Below, piece after piece: positions 12,078 to 24,615 of a stretch of 64,000 bases of DNA. The DNA comes from Amphiscolops sp. MND2022 (taxonomy: Eukaryota): assembly GCA_964187785.1 (NCBI GenBank), contig OZ076409.1, positions 63,862,001 to 63,926,000 of the forward strand, read 5' to 3'. The notes beneath the pieces were generated by a model. That model made no database searches and had not been told where the DNA came from. It saw nothing but the letters and a program-made list of their open reading frames with translations. Each line of letters opens with the position of its first letter. Within the stretch, counting starts at the first letter, position 1. Both the position numbers and the translations under genes were made by a program.

Positions 12078-14052
12078 AAGTAAATAGAGTTCGAACATTT
12101 CAACTCGAACATTTGCGAGTGCCTTTTTGGATTGAGGCACTTTTGAATGTCGCGCTTATGACTGTGTACAAAGAGGCGCTTTTAACGTGAGCGTTTTTTT
12201 ACCACGATTTGCAACTTTTGTATTTGTTTTTGTAAAAAAATTACGACAAATAGTTCTAGCATCGGTTTGTTTTCGAGATTGCAGACAGGGTCTTGACCAA
12301 TGACAAATAGTCGGCCTCGGCCATTTATAGAAAAATTGACAGAGCAAAATTAAATGTTCCAGTAAAATGACGCTCGGGTTATTGTTTAGTCCAATGACAG
12401 TGTGTATGCGATTTTCGCTCTTATAGACAAAAAATTTAGTTTTTATTTTTGCCATGGAAGTGCTACTCCAGAAAGTATTGACTTAAACAGTATGCCCTAA
12501 CGATTTTAGCATTATGGTGGACGCTTTTAGTGAGGAATTCATATCGAGTTTCGTTTGTATGCAAGACCTTTCAAGATCAGGACTGATATAAAACAGTTTA
12601 ATCGGACCAACCACTGAATTTTTATCTCTCAGTGAGTTAGCACATAGTTGTGACTGTGTGAATATTTTATGACAGATCGTGACTCGTTGAGATGATTTTT
12701 GATTTTGTCAAATCAGTCATCCTTGTGGATCATTGAACTCGCTCGTTGTGATTGATCTGAATTTTGAGTTCGGCTACTTGAAACACTACATATGAGATGA
12801 GTCTTTTTCTTGAATTGAAAAAAAACATTGATTTGTGATGAAATATTGTCATGACAATTTACGTTTTTTCAAATTGATGTAAAAATAGTAGTTCGGTTGA
12901 GTTCAAATTTGATCATAGCTATTGCTATTCTGGAAAAATTGTCGATTTTCTAACTAGAGACAGAGATATGGTTTATTGAGCAAAACGAAAGGACTCGCTA
13001 TCTCATGGACCTGTAACAGTGATCTTCGTCTGTAAAAAAAAGAATCTTTTCATAAAATCGACTGTTTCAGTTACTACTTTACTAACTTACAATGCTTTCA
13101 AAATTTTCCAAAAAATCGCCTAAAATTGAGCTAATTTCTTGTGGGGAAAATCAAATACAGAAGCATGAGTGCTGAGGGGATTAGCTCAAGGCCTGCGAAG
13201 AATGCACTTCGTGGGGAAGAATTTGCAGTAAATTTTTGAGAAAAAAATGAGTTTTCAAAAGGAAGAGATGATTTTTGGGTTGAAAGTGTTCAAATAGCTC
13301 GGCAATCACAACTGTTGGTTCAAAGGCTTCTTGAACTGCCTCGCTGCTGGATCTCATTGAGTTTATAATCACGGTAACCGCAACTGCCTTCATTTTAGAT
13401 GCACCAAAATTTTTAATTGTCTGGAACCCAAGTACTCCTGCCACCCAGTTTTTGCTTTCTATCCAAATGACGTGAGAAGAAACTGAAAAATATTATAGAA
13501 CTTTTCATTAAAACTGTCCGTTCGTGTCATAAAAATAACTTGAGAAGATTTAACGGAAGCGCCGACCAAAAACTACAAAAATGGCCCAATTTTGGGACAG
13601 GAAAAAACTGGAATCGTCCTAAAAAGTCTGAAGGATAATATGTTTCTCTTTGATTCGCTCGCATCGAAACAATAACGTCTTCCTTCAATACAGGAAGTTC
13701 AACTAGTTGTAAGAATTAAACGAATTCTTTCCAAAATGAATGGAATTTGAATTAATTTTATGTCATGCAGGAAAGACGTCATCGTAGGTGACAAATGATT
13801 CAAACTACTTGTGATGCCACAACCATTGTATATTCGTATATAGACGAAAAATATCATCAAACTCATGTCATGCATTGTAACATGAAGAGGTATTGGGAAG
13901 ATCTTTAGGACGCCAGCATTGCTATGGAAACAGCACATATGAACTTTGGTGGGTGTAAATCAAAATGTTGCAAAAATTGTTTCTTTTTAGTCATTTGTAA
14001 ACTTCGATGGTCTTCAAAATATCGAAGCTTTTGGCTTCAATCGGAATGGCCA

Positions 14053-15434
14053 TTAACACCACGATGAATAATATGGATACTTTCGCAAGTGATGAATCTG
14101 GAAACCAAACTTAGCATAGTGCTGACAAAGCTCCTCAATAATCTCTGTAGTTAACGGGGTATAACGTAATTGGTTGTTACTGATTACAGTAACAACGTTT
14201 GATGCCCTTTCCAAAAAGTCACATACATCCAAAAAAGTGCACTTGACATTCATACCAAGTAATTGACTGAAACGAGAGCGCTTTGCTCGAGTGCTTTGCT
14301 CCTGGTTAATGTAGCCTTCAGATACGAAATTTTCTAAATCATCGATGTAAAGCCATTTTGATTTCAAAGCTGCCAAGCTTCTAGTAGAGATTCCTTCATG
14401 TGTGAAAAAGTTGATTTTCCCTAAACTTTCAAATGTCTTCTTAAAATAATCATATTCGTATTCTTTGGATTTGGGGATTAAAAAGGTTATTTCAAACCCT
14501 TTTCGTAATTCATCCAAAGCTTTCAGCATCAGCAAAAATGTTTTGCCAGAACCACTGGCTCCAATTATGAACTGCTTCTTTCCTTGAGATTTGACAATGC
14601 GCTGTTGTTCGGGCTGAAGGAAAAACACTTGCGTAAGGATATGCATTGACATTCGATAATTTTCCCAGTTCGTTGACTCTGGAATTGACAAAATTAGAGT
14701 AGGACCTCGCATTGATTCAGCTGCGTTATGCAAACCTAACAAAAGGACTGCCAATTCTCCATAAAACTGCCAGAATGAAATTCAGTAACCTCTGTATTAT
14801 GTTGTTCCAGTAAACGATCCCACCACATCTGCGGCAGGCCTTCTAGATCTTGTTTTCCCAAATTGTGAGGGTTTCTGACATCTTGCCTCATTTCCACAAA
14901 AGGAAAACTGATGATTTTTCTCACAGAAACCCTTGTAATTTGGTTCCAAGTGCCAGTTTTTTCAAGCAAAGTACAGAGGCTACTGATAAGCATCTCAGCT
15001 TTGTCGAGTTGTTTTTTACTATCAGTGTATCTTCGCGGTTGAAAATCCTTCACTGCCTTGCACTCAATAGCAATAATTCCTGCGGCAACGTGTACAATCA
15101 GGAAGTCAATCTCGATATTTGCAATCTTTTTCAAAGTCTCCGCGAAAACATCAGTGGGATTCAAATCATTTCCAAGCATCATTTTCCACCTTGTAGTCGA
15201 AAAGTTTTGTATAACAAAAGAATGCTGCCCTGATTTGGCAAGAAATGAATGAACCATAGCTTCTGCTGTATCTCCTTGCCTAATCGCCTCCACACTATTA
15301 CCTTCCATTGAATTAGGATAGTGCAAGATGGGTTCTGGAGGTATCATATAAGTTTGGCGATTTGTTCGCCAGCCAGAAAACTCAGTATCAACATGTAACG
15401 TTGCTTTTTGGAGAAACTGATTTGTGAAGGTCAT
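14053..15434 (-). CDS. NERD-like PD-(D/E)xK nuclease fused to a P-loop NTPase/SF1-helicase-like domain; one frameshift near 14762
   Basis: GDTAEAMV...EIDFLIVHVAAGIIAIECKA (NERD motifs), then IIGASGSGKT (Walker A) and LYIDD (Walker B). The two ORFs overlap at a T-run. The ATG at 15434 follows a TTCCAG acceptor-like site. Confidence 0.75.
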
Positions 15435-16204
15435 CTTGAACTCGAATGGAAGATTACCTGGAACGAAAACGATTAAAACTACCTGGAAAAGAAATGATCT
15501 GTTTTTACCAAGTAAAACAACATATAAGTTAATGAAGGTAATTTGTTCACAAACAACGTATACTGTACGTTTCGAACTGATATGCAGTAAGTAAAATGTG
15601 CCACCAAAAATTGATAAATGAATTTTAAGTGGCAACATGTTGTGTCAAAGTTTGTTTAATAAGATTCCCTCTCTTGCCAATATTCCAGCATGACTCAGCT
15701 TAAAACCTAAAATTGTGAAGTCGCAAGCAGAAAATTGTCATTCGAAAAAGGTACGTCGATAAAAAAGAAACGTCTGCGGAATTAGTGAACCCAGCATGTC
15801 CACAACGTGTCTTCATACTGCCTATAACCTGCCTAGATTACGCAAAAAGTATCATTTGAATATCGGAACGTTTCCTCTACAATCAGAAAAGAGTCTATGC
15901 TCTATCGTTCATACAAGAAATGAAATCGCATCAACGCATTAACGAAAATAAACACTCCAAAAATTGAGCTTCTTAAAATTTGAAGTCTTAAAAACTAACA
16001 ATGCCGCGAACACAAAAACCTTTAGAATCAATTTCAATCAGTTCTTGAATTTGGTAAATTTTGAAACAAAATGTTCAATAATCCAATATTTTGCTCAAAG
16101 AAAGTGACATATGAGAATTATCGTTTCTCTTTCGAATAACATTAAAACAAAGGCAAGATCACAAATGATTCTTTGAAAAGATTTTCGTGGGCCAATTCCA
16201 TTAT

Positions 16205-19200
16205 AAACAAGACTCCCGCTGAGCAGCGAGATATTTTCCGCCCCGAACTGTTGTTCTACAACTACATAAATTTGAGGCTCAAGAATAGCCAATGCACTAT
16301 AAAAACGAAAAGAAGTTCGAAGAAAAAAAAGCTTTGATTCATCGTAGCCCATTTTAAAGGAAACACCTAACATATTATTTCTGCGATAGCTGGCCACTTT
16401 TCCTTTTTGGCACTATGCGACTGATCGAGAGAAGAGGAAATTTTTACCAATGTTTAATGTTTGAGGTTTTCTGTAAAGGAAGTAAGTTTCCCGAGCTTTA
16501 AGGGTGACTTCTTTGTTACTTTTGATCAAATTAAACAGACGAGATTTCTTATTGATTGTGGAAATGACCTCATTTCAGTTTTTTCAGCTCTGTGCATCTT
16601 TCCGAAACTTTCATTCGGTCAAAGAGTACCCTCTTGCTTTCATAGTTGATTTCGGCTTGAGAAAGATTGTTTTGCGAGCTGAAAGTCGTGTCGCCATCAT
16701 AAAACGTTACCGGAAAAATCAAATTTTGGATTTTTTGTTATCTTGATGGGGAAAAAGTGGTTTCCTAGTCTCAGGCGTATTTCTTGAGGTAATCTGAGAA
16801 AATGGTAAACATATGAAACTAGGTCTTTTGCCATATTAGGGAAGTTGGGTAATCCCGGTTCGTTATAATATTGAACATAGTTTCACCAGAAGCGTCAAAA
16901 ATTGGAAAAAAATTGACAACTTTGGGGTCAATTTGAGGAAGTTTTCTAACATGAATCTACAGATGTCTCTTCAAAAACAAGCCTCCTTTACACCGGGTTT
17001 AGCTGTTGTTGACAATTTACACCATCGCTTCTTCACTTCACGAACCCACGAAGAAGCTCGAAACAATTTTTTGGAAGATGTACTCCGTTGGTAGTGATTT
17101 CGCTTGAAGGTTTTGAATAATAAATCTTGGACAAATGAGCTCGAAATTTACGCTTTCAAGTAAAGTTTTTGAAAGTTGTGCTCATTAACTTGTCTGATAT
17201 CTTTTCGAAACGCTGCCATTAGCTACACGTTTCAATCCTGAGCCTATGGTCTTTCTGATTGAAGGTAATTTTCGTAAAGGATCCAAAATTGGGACTATGT
17301 TGTCGAAAACAAAGAAAGTTCTTCGGAAACTTTGACACCTTTGTTGTCAACTCGATGAACTTCATCCCAATTTTCCCCAATTGCGTTATAAATATCTTTT
17401 TGTGTCAACGCACAGGTCATCAGAAGTTATACTCAGAAGAAGTTATATTCTTCAAAAGCTTTCGCGGTATGAACGAAAATTGGGATTAGTTTGTCAATCA
17501 ACGTGCTTTTTTGTTGTCCATGGAATATTGGGTGCTTTTGAGGCCAATTGGAACACAAAAATGCAGTTCTCTCTTCAAAATGGCCTACAGGAGATGCCTG
17601 GACTAGTCATTGTTGAGTGTTTAAAACTATTTTATTCAGGGAAGTAGCTCAAAAATTGTACAAAAAACTACATTGAAATGTAATTTTTTTTCAGTATTTC
17701 CAAATTTTGGGTCATTCTGAGGAAACTTTCAACCTGAAGTTAGGAAATTTGTTTGAAAAGCGTGCTTCAAACCTAGTTTTATTGTGTGGAGCTTTTGGAA
17801 GCTTTTATATTATCGAACTATCCAATCTCAAATAAAAATTCACTGAAAATGTCAGAAAGCGACAAAAATTTCGACATTTTCGCCTTTTTGCGGTCAATTC
17901 TGACTTTTTCCAACCGAAGTCGGCAAAGCCTACTGGATTACGAGTTCAATTCTGACACCAAACCGATTCAAAAAGTACACAATTTGCAGGAAATTGAAAA
18001 TTTTGAAATTTTTCGACAGCTTTTGAGTCATTCTGAAGTGTTTTTGAAACGAAACGCTGCAACGTTTGCTTCAAACAATGTAATGCATAGCTCGCTCAGT
18101 CGCTGTTGAGTTGATTGTATTGGAACTTAGGACGAAATCTCTCCAAAAATTTACAGAAATTGCATCAAAATCGTCAAAAACATTAAAATTTTGTACAATA
18201 TTAGTCAATTTGAGGCATTTTTTTTCAAAGTGAACTTATCTCGTAACGAAAGCTCACCGAAACAACAAGTTTGCCCACACCTTAGACGTTTTAACACTTT
18301 CGTCCACGAAGTCTATCGATATTTCGACAAAAATTGAACAAAAATAGTGAAAATCGGAAAATGTTTCGAAATTTTGTTTTTTTCCCATGTCGATTTTGAA
18401 AACTTTTCGATTCAAAAACTGCCTTTATCTCTTTTTTAGGCTTCCTGGACGACACATTTTGTCCTTGTTGACCCGTTTAGGCTTTACAATTGACGAAGTC
18501 TGTCCTAAATTTGAAAAACAAAATGCATAAAATCCTTGAAATTTGGAAAATTTTTGGGGTTTTCATCATTTTCGGTTTCAATTTGAGGCATTTTCACTTA
18601 GAAAACTGCAGTAAACTCTTCAGAACTTTCTTACTCCACAGCCGCCTTTTCGTTCCTTTGAGAGCCTTTTCAACGTTCCAATCGATGGAGTCTGTCGTAA
18701 ATTTGGGAAAAATGCATAAAATCTTTAGAAATTGGAAAAATTTGGGATTTTTGTCATTTTCGGTATCAATTTGGGAGTTTTCATTTGGAAAGCAGCAATT
18801 ATCACTTCGAAAAAGCCTACTAGACAACGAAGTAGTGCCATACTGAGCGTTTTCCACATTCTAATCCGCGAAGTCTATCGAAAATTTGACTAAAATTGCA
18901 AAAAAAGTTAAAAATCAGGAAATTTCAGTTTTTTGTCATTTTTGGTCGAAATTTGAGACCTTTTTCCTCTGTGAAACAATAATTATCTCTTCAAAGTAGA
19001 CTATTGGATAACGAGTTTGAGCCTTACTGAACGTTTTCAACATTCTAATTTACGATATCTATCAAAAATTGACAAAAACTGCCTTAAGCCTTAAAAAAAT
19101 AGGAAATATTCTCTCTTTTTTGGGGTCTTTTTCGGGTCATTCTGGGGTCCTTGTGGTCAAAAAAAGTCCAGAAATCTTAACAAAAACAAATCGCACGAAG

Positions 19201-19330
19201 CTAAATCTATGTGAGTTGAATTCTATGGGTAACACCCTTAAAGTTAAATATAAATTTGGTGCTTGGCAATTTTGTAAAGAAACTGTTTGATTTAAATATT
19301 TTCCTTTCCCATATGAAATATGGGCGGAAA
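16205..19330. mobile_element. Family C Helentron-like non-autonomous element (~3.1 kb) with internal degenerate tandem repeats
   Basis: AAACAAGAC + hairpin CGCTG-AG-CAGCG + subterminal inverted repeat (subTIR) TTTCCGCCC at the left; GGGCGGAAA at the right. An inverted homologue lies at 45695-47678. Confidence 0.7.
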
Positions 19331-19849
19331 TTAAAAACTAGTGAGCTTAGTTCCATCGACTTTGCTACAGTGGAAACTTGAAGTGTAACGAGAATGAAGT
19401 TATCAATGTGTTGGGGATATGGTGACGTCGTGCTGGAGGATTGGACTGCATTCATGGTTGCAAGGGGATAAAAGGGGCTTCGAAATTGGATCAAAAAGTT
19501 AGACAAAAAGATGATTTGATTTTGAATCCACCAGTTTGACGACCGGAATGTCAGGCTAAAAAGCAATCGGTCGCCTACGGTTGCTTGTTTGTCACAACAA
19601 CTACGTATTTTTTCAACGACGCCACAGAAACTGGAGATGGCTGATGAAACAAAATCCGTTCTTCGGAGAGAAGAATGGTCAAAAAGCCCGACTAGCGAGA
19701 CATAAAATCCCTACAAGGGTCTAATACTTTACTAACGCAAACGGCTTTTTCCACATCAAAAAGAGATCCTGGAGCACGCTCTGGACACCAATTTGATTAC
19801 GTGAACAAATATTTGCAATCGAAAATTTTTGCAAAGCTCCAGCAAGAAT

Positions 19850-20986
19850 GTTGAAAACGTGCCATCAAAAAATGCTTCAAAAAAGTCGAGGAAATCAAAC
19901 GTATTGACTGGGTAAGCTAGAACATCATATGATACAAAGAACAGTTGACTGAACACGAATTGCGAGCAATCCTGATGAGACTCAAGTATTGTTAGTCGAA
20001 AATTGCTACAAGCTCTCAAACATTTTGTGGAATCGAAACTACTGTCAAAAATTTTCCGACAAAAGAACCAGGCATAAAGCGATGGTTATATTGTACTGGA
20101 TCACAACCTTTGCTGTCAAAACTGAATATCCAATTCGTATGTCACACTTCAAACACAACTATAGCGTAGGTGCCTCTTACAAATAACATTGCACTGCTGA
20201 ACAAGGTAACGGTTGCCTTTTGTTCTCTGATACTGATGATTGCGGGCCAAATACAACAGTACGATTATAATAAGGGTGAGAATCAAGCATCCGTTTTGAA
20301 CCTTTACAACATCTACTGCTTTTTGAATATTTATTATAAACTTTTATTGACTGAGTAACTCTACCAAGCGTGATATTTTCTACTTAAACTTGGATGAGAA
20401 AGCAAGATCTTTGGGAACAGCCCGCATGAGGCCAAAATTTCAAAGCAAAACAAAGTGGGGCCTAAACAACACTACATTAGACGACAAAATATCTAGAAAA
20501 ATTCAAATTTTCTTCAAACTACAATAACAAAATTCATATTTTGTTGCGTAGGAAATCGGATAGTTTTTTGAGTATCCTGAAAAACGATTCCATTTCTTCT
20601 CATTAGTTCGATATCGACGCCTTGAGTTGCCTTGAGATGGCACCAATTACGATAACATGTTAGAAACCTACTATGAAACCTAAAGAATTGATGACTCAGT
20701 AGCCCGAGTGACGACGAAACCGAGATCTTCCTTGGACCAAGATGTCACAAAAGAAACACGAACTTTACTGTTGTTCAAGTCACCGGTGGTTGAGCCAATA
20801 TTACCAGTTCGGCCATGCCTGCTAAAAAACACTTTGTCCAAAACGAAGAAATTTGAAAAAACACGGAATGTCAAAACACTTAGGGGATTTTGTCCTCCTT
20901 TATCGAAATTTTCATCTTGTCAAACAAAATCAATTTATCGATGAAGATGCAACAACCAACATAATGGAATCTTTGTCGAAACCTAC
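19850..20986 (+). pseudogene. Highly decayed LINE ORF2 remnant (host site of the LTR insertion)
   Basis: Only weak endonuclease/linker-like fragments (LPWTK). It continues after the LTR element with FKDYFNKIGPIL. Confidence 0.3.
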
Positions 20987-23474
20987 TTTTACGACTTGTG
21001 TCAGGGTCGTTATTTTGAGTAGAGTTGATCCGTACTATTTTCGTCGGGGTATAAAAATACGTTGCTTCATTTTCTGTTTCTTCTACGGTATTATACCTTA
21101 CATTTTCTCCTGTTTCAGGTCTTAGAAGCTTCAACATTTCCTTCTGGGACTCCAGAAGAAGATTTTTGATCTCAGACGTAATCCCCTCCTTGGAAGAAGC
21201 TCTCAGACTCTCCAAGAAACTATTTTCTACCCTAAGAGATTATGGTCTCGACGGACCTGCCACGTCGGTATCTTGGTTCGAAGAACGAGAATTTTTACAT
21301 TTATTGGTGAAATAAAACCTTCAATTACGTTGTCTTCAGCCTCTCGCAGAGTGTTCCTCCTCTTTTGACTCCTTGTTGTTGACATATTGATGAAGGAAAC
21401 TTGTTTCTCAAAGAATTCAATTTTGTCTTTTCTGATTTTTGACAGAGTTGAGATTGAGATGAAGTTTAAGCAAGACAAGTTGAAACAACTGAATTATAGC
21501 GCTTGAAAAGGACTGAGTCCCTTAGCAATAGCAATCCATCATATTTATACCCTCCTAGCATCGTTTGAGTACGAATAAACCCCTAATTTTCCTCGAGCAA
21601 TTAGTCACTTCCTGTATTATTGATGAAAAATGCATTTTGTTCCCGAAGTTGCGTCGACTTTTCGTCAAATTTTGAGACACGACGATATTAATCTAGTATT
21701 AGTCATCAACTATGATCATATCATTTCATTCCGGCGTCCTTTCGTTTCCTCTCAAGCAGGAAGTAGATATTACTTCAGTCTGTCAAACCGGAATTATTTC
21801 CCTGTTTTACTGCTTTGGTTCGTAAGAAACTGACGCTGAGATGACGCTGACGTGAACAACTAATACCTGATATTGAATTTTCACTTGAAGAAAATGCCAT
21901 GACTAATGTTTTCATGCTAGGAAGATATAATAGAAAGATTATAGAATTAGCAACAATTTCCAAAATAATTCCAAACTGAGTGATTATTAATTAACGGAAT
22001 AAAAGCAACGGAACATAGACGCTTGTTGAACTGGAACGCTGAATTATTTAAATTACAACTCTAATCTCGGTTATTGGTACTTCGACTGAAAGTGCTATTT
22101 AGCGACATAATAGCGTTAATTTAACATTTATACACTTTAACAATACACTGTCACCAGATATTACTTCACACATATAGTAATATTCTTGAACGCAAAACAA
22201 CTGACGACGTAACGTCGACACTTTACAAATTAATCAAAGAAACAAAACTTTAAAACCTTTTATCATCCAACTTCAGTCTTACAGAACATATAGTAACAAC
22301 GTGGGTCAATCGCTCATGACACAATACATATGAGCAATGCTCTTTGTCAATCTGATTTAACGCAAAAACTTCGAACAGGTAACTGCTTGATCCTGGAGTG
22401 AACGACGACAAGCTATCGTCTGAATGAGCATTAAAGAATTACAACTTGTACATTAGGTAGTATAAAATACAAAAGCACAAACATGTAAAATTACGTTTCC
22501 AGTACAAAAATACTTCCAATCTATTTTCATTATGATCATAAACTGTGACTTTCATTTATGTTACCTAGAAAACTTCATTTTTGGGGAAAATCGTGACGTT
22601 ATTCAAATCAGTAACATCTTATCTTACGGACGGATGACGCTGATTCCGAAATCTCAATACTTTCCCTGTTAAATTAGCATTCAATTCACACTCATTCCTT
22701 GTACCAACTCACTATGATAGCGTTCGTTTTGCCATTCTGGATGGACTAAGATGGCTTATTCCGATGGATTTCGAACGTAACGCGGACGTACATATTAGTA
22801 TTAGACTTATTCTACCAATATATTGGACGTAGCGTGGATGTAAATTTGGAATGAAACCTAGCTAGCTGCCATAGCTGTGACGTCATATCGTCGTCTGATT
22901 TGGAATACTTTCTAACTATCTAACTAGTAAGTGACGGAGTGCTGACGTCACGATTATAGTAATATTTGAATGTGCCGCTAATATTTGTTTACTTAGCAGT
23001 GAGATATCGTTCTATTTTACATTAATTGCTGTTCAAAATGCAATTAAGTTGTCTTTTCTTAGAAGAGACGTAAATATTTTGGCGTGCCATCTCAAAGTAA
23101 TTTCTGTTTTAGATCTGATTGATCTTCTTTCTCAGGGAAGATTTTGGATATGTTTTCATTTAGTTCGGTCTATGATCCTTTATTCTAGGAGTGTTTTAAT
23201 TTTTAGTTTTCAGGTGGCGAAAGTTCTTTTCTGACGCGACAAAAGCGTCTTGCCGGAAATGCGTGAAATCATTTTGGCCTAATTTATTTCCTGTTCTCAT
23301 TTTCAATTAAAATTTGCGCCAAACGGACGTACATTTGTGTTTCTAGTCACAGCTTATTAAGTTTTAAAGTTGGAATGTTAAGTTACCATCTCGGGAAGCG
23401 TAGATTGCATCCATGTCCCCTCCCGATTGCAATTCGCCTGCAAGTACATCCCAAACCGGGAGCGGGTTGTGACA
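20987..23474 (-). repeat. 3' LTR
   Basis: Direct repeat of 35174-37658, running TTTTACGAC...TTGTGACA. Confidence 0.95.
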
Positions 23475-24099
23475 GGGCCACACTTCTTGGGAGAACGTTC
23501 TTCCCAGGATGACGAGGCATGGGCAACAATGTGGGTAATCTCATCCCGAGTTCTGCTGTGACGTTAGTACTTCGTCTCTCTTCAAGATCGTTCAGCGGGC
23601 TTGTGGTTCTGAAGCTGATTTTCCTGGGTGTTCCCGGCGGCGTGTTGAAGTAAGAAGAAGAGTCTTCCTGGCGTACTATTTCAAGGTATTCCGCTACCTT
23701 ACTGCTTGTTATCGACTTTTCATCGTTTGCCGAAGCTTCTACAACGAATATATCAGAGGACATGCTCTCGTCTGGGCTTTCTGGGGAGTGAGCTATTATT
23801 TTCTCAGAACTTTCCCAATGCGGGTATTGTCTCGATTCCACTGTTTCGAAGCTCGTGTAGGATTCGCTAAGTTTCATTCTTTTGCATTCTGTTTTCAGGG
23901 AGTTTAGAGAAAGGTCGAGAAATTCTTCCTCATCTGCAGTAGCATCCGCCGACGAGTTTAGTATTTCGACAACTATTCTGGGGTATTTTTGCCATCCCTG
24001 GGTAACGGGGTAGAAGCTCTTGTGATCTCGCCTTCCTCCTCGCGTGACAATGAGATGTCGGTCAACTCTCAACTCGTTTACATCTAGTTGATTATTCAT
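23383..24099 (-). CDS. Accessory sense ORF (238 aa, acidic/Ser-rich, unknown function) ending inside the 3' LTR
   Basis: Uninterrupted ATG-initiated ORF that crosses the LTR boundary at 23474. It has no signal peptide or transmembrane segment, so it is not env-like. Confidence 0.6.
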   Translation of the reverse strand: MNNQLDVNELRVDRHLIVTRGGRRDHKSFYPVTQGWQKYPRIVVEILNSSADATADEEEFLDLSLNSLKTECKRMKLSESYTSFETVESRQYPHWESSEKIIAHSPESPDESMSSDIFVVEASANDEKSITSSKVAEYLEIVRQEDSSSYFNTPPGTPRKISFRTTSPLNDLEERRSTNVTAELGMRLPTLLPMPRHPGKNVLPRSVALSQPAPGLGCTCRRIAIGRGHGCNLRFPRW

Positions 24100-24199
24100 C
24101 GTCTTTATGGGATTTCTTTTCTTTGCAACTGTCGTTCGTATTTAATTGTTCCACAATGGATTTCGGATTAATTAGGATTAAGGAGAATATTGGGATAAA

Positions 24200-24560
24200 T
24201 CCCCCCATTCTGATTGGTTAAATAATCGTTTTATTCCTTTTTAATCCTAAGTGTTGACGTTATGGCAACGTCGCGTTTTTATTGGCTGCAAATTAAATAA
24301 TTTCGTTTGACCAAAGTTGTCAACGTTTTGCTGACGTCAATTTCGTTAGCCTTTAGCTATTTTCTGAATTCGTTCACCGTTTTGATGACGTCAATATAGA
24401 TTATAGGATTAACTCTTAACCCTGATAACCTTTTTGTCGACGTTATGCCGACGTCATTTTCTTTGATTTCAGATCAACTTTAGTGTCGACGTTATGCCGA
24501 CGTCAATTTCGTTGGTAATTGGCCAACTTTTAGATTTTGTCACCGTTATGATGACGTCAA
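24200..24560. promoter_or_regulatory. Putative bidirectional promoter with six ~21-bp GTY..CGTTWTGNY(G/A)ACGTC repeats and CCAAT boxes
   Basis: Copies at about 24253, 24319, 24372, 24436, 24485 and 24539; ATTGG at ~24214 and ~24281. It lies between two divergent ORFs. Confidence 0.6.
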
Positions 24561-24615
24561 GTTTGGTTGTTATCTTCTCTTCATGTTCTGTTTTCAGATT
24601 CTTTGCTGTTTCTTG

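Noticed and set aside
15435..15638. N-terminal 68 aa of the 300-aa ORF
   Set aside because: It reads through pyrimidine-rich acceptor-like sites (TTCCAG), so it is probably intron or UTR; the start was placed at 15434.
24250..24560. Regularly spaced repeats resembling a CRISPR array
   Set aside because: The repeats are degenerate, spacing is irregular, there are no cas genes, and the context is a eukaryotic retroelement.
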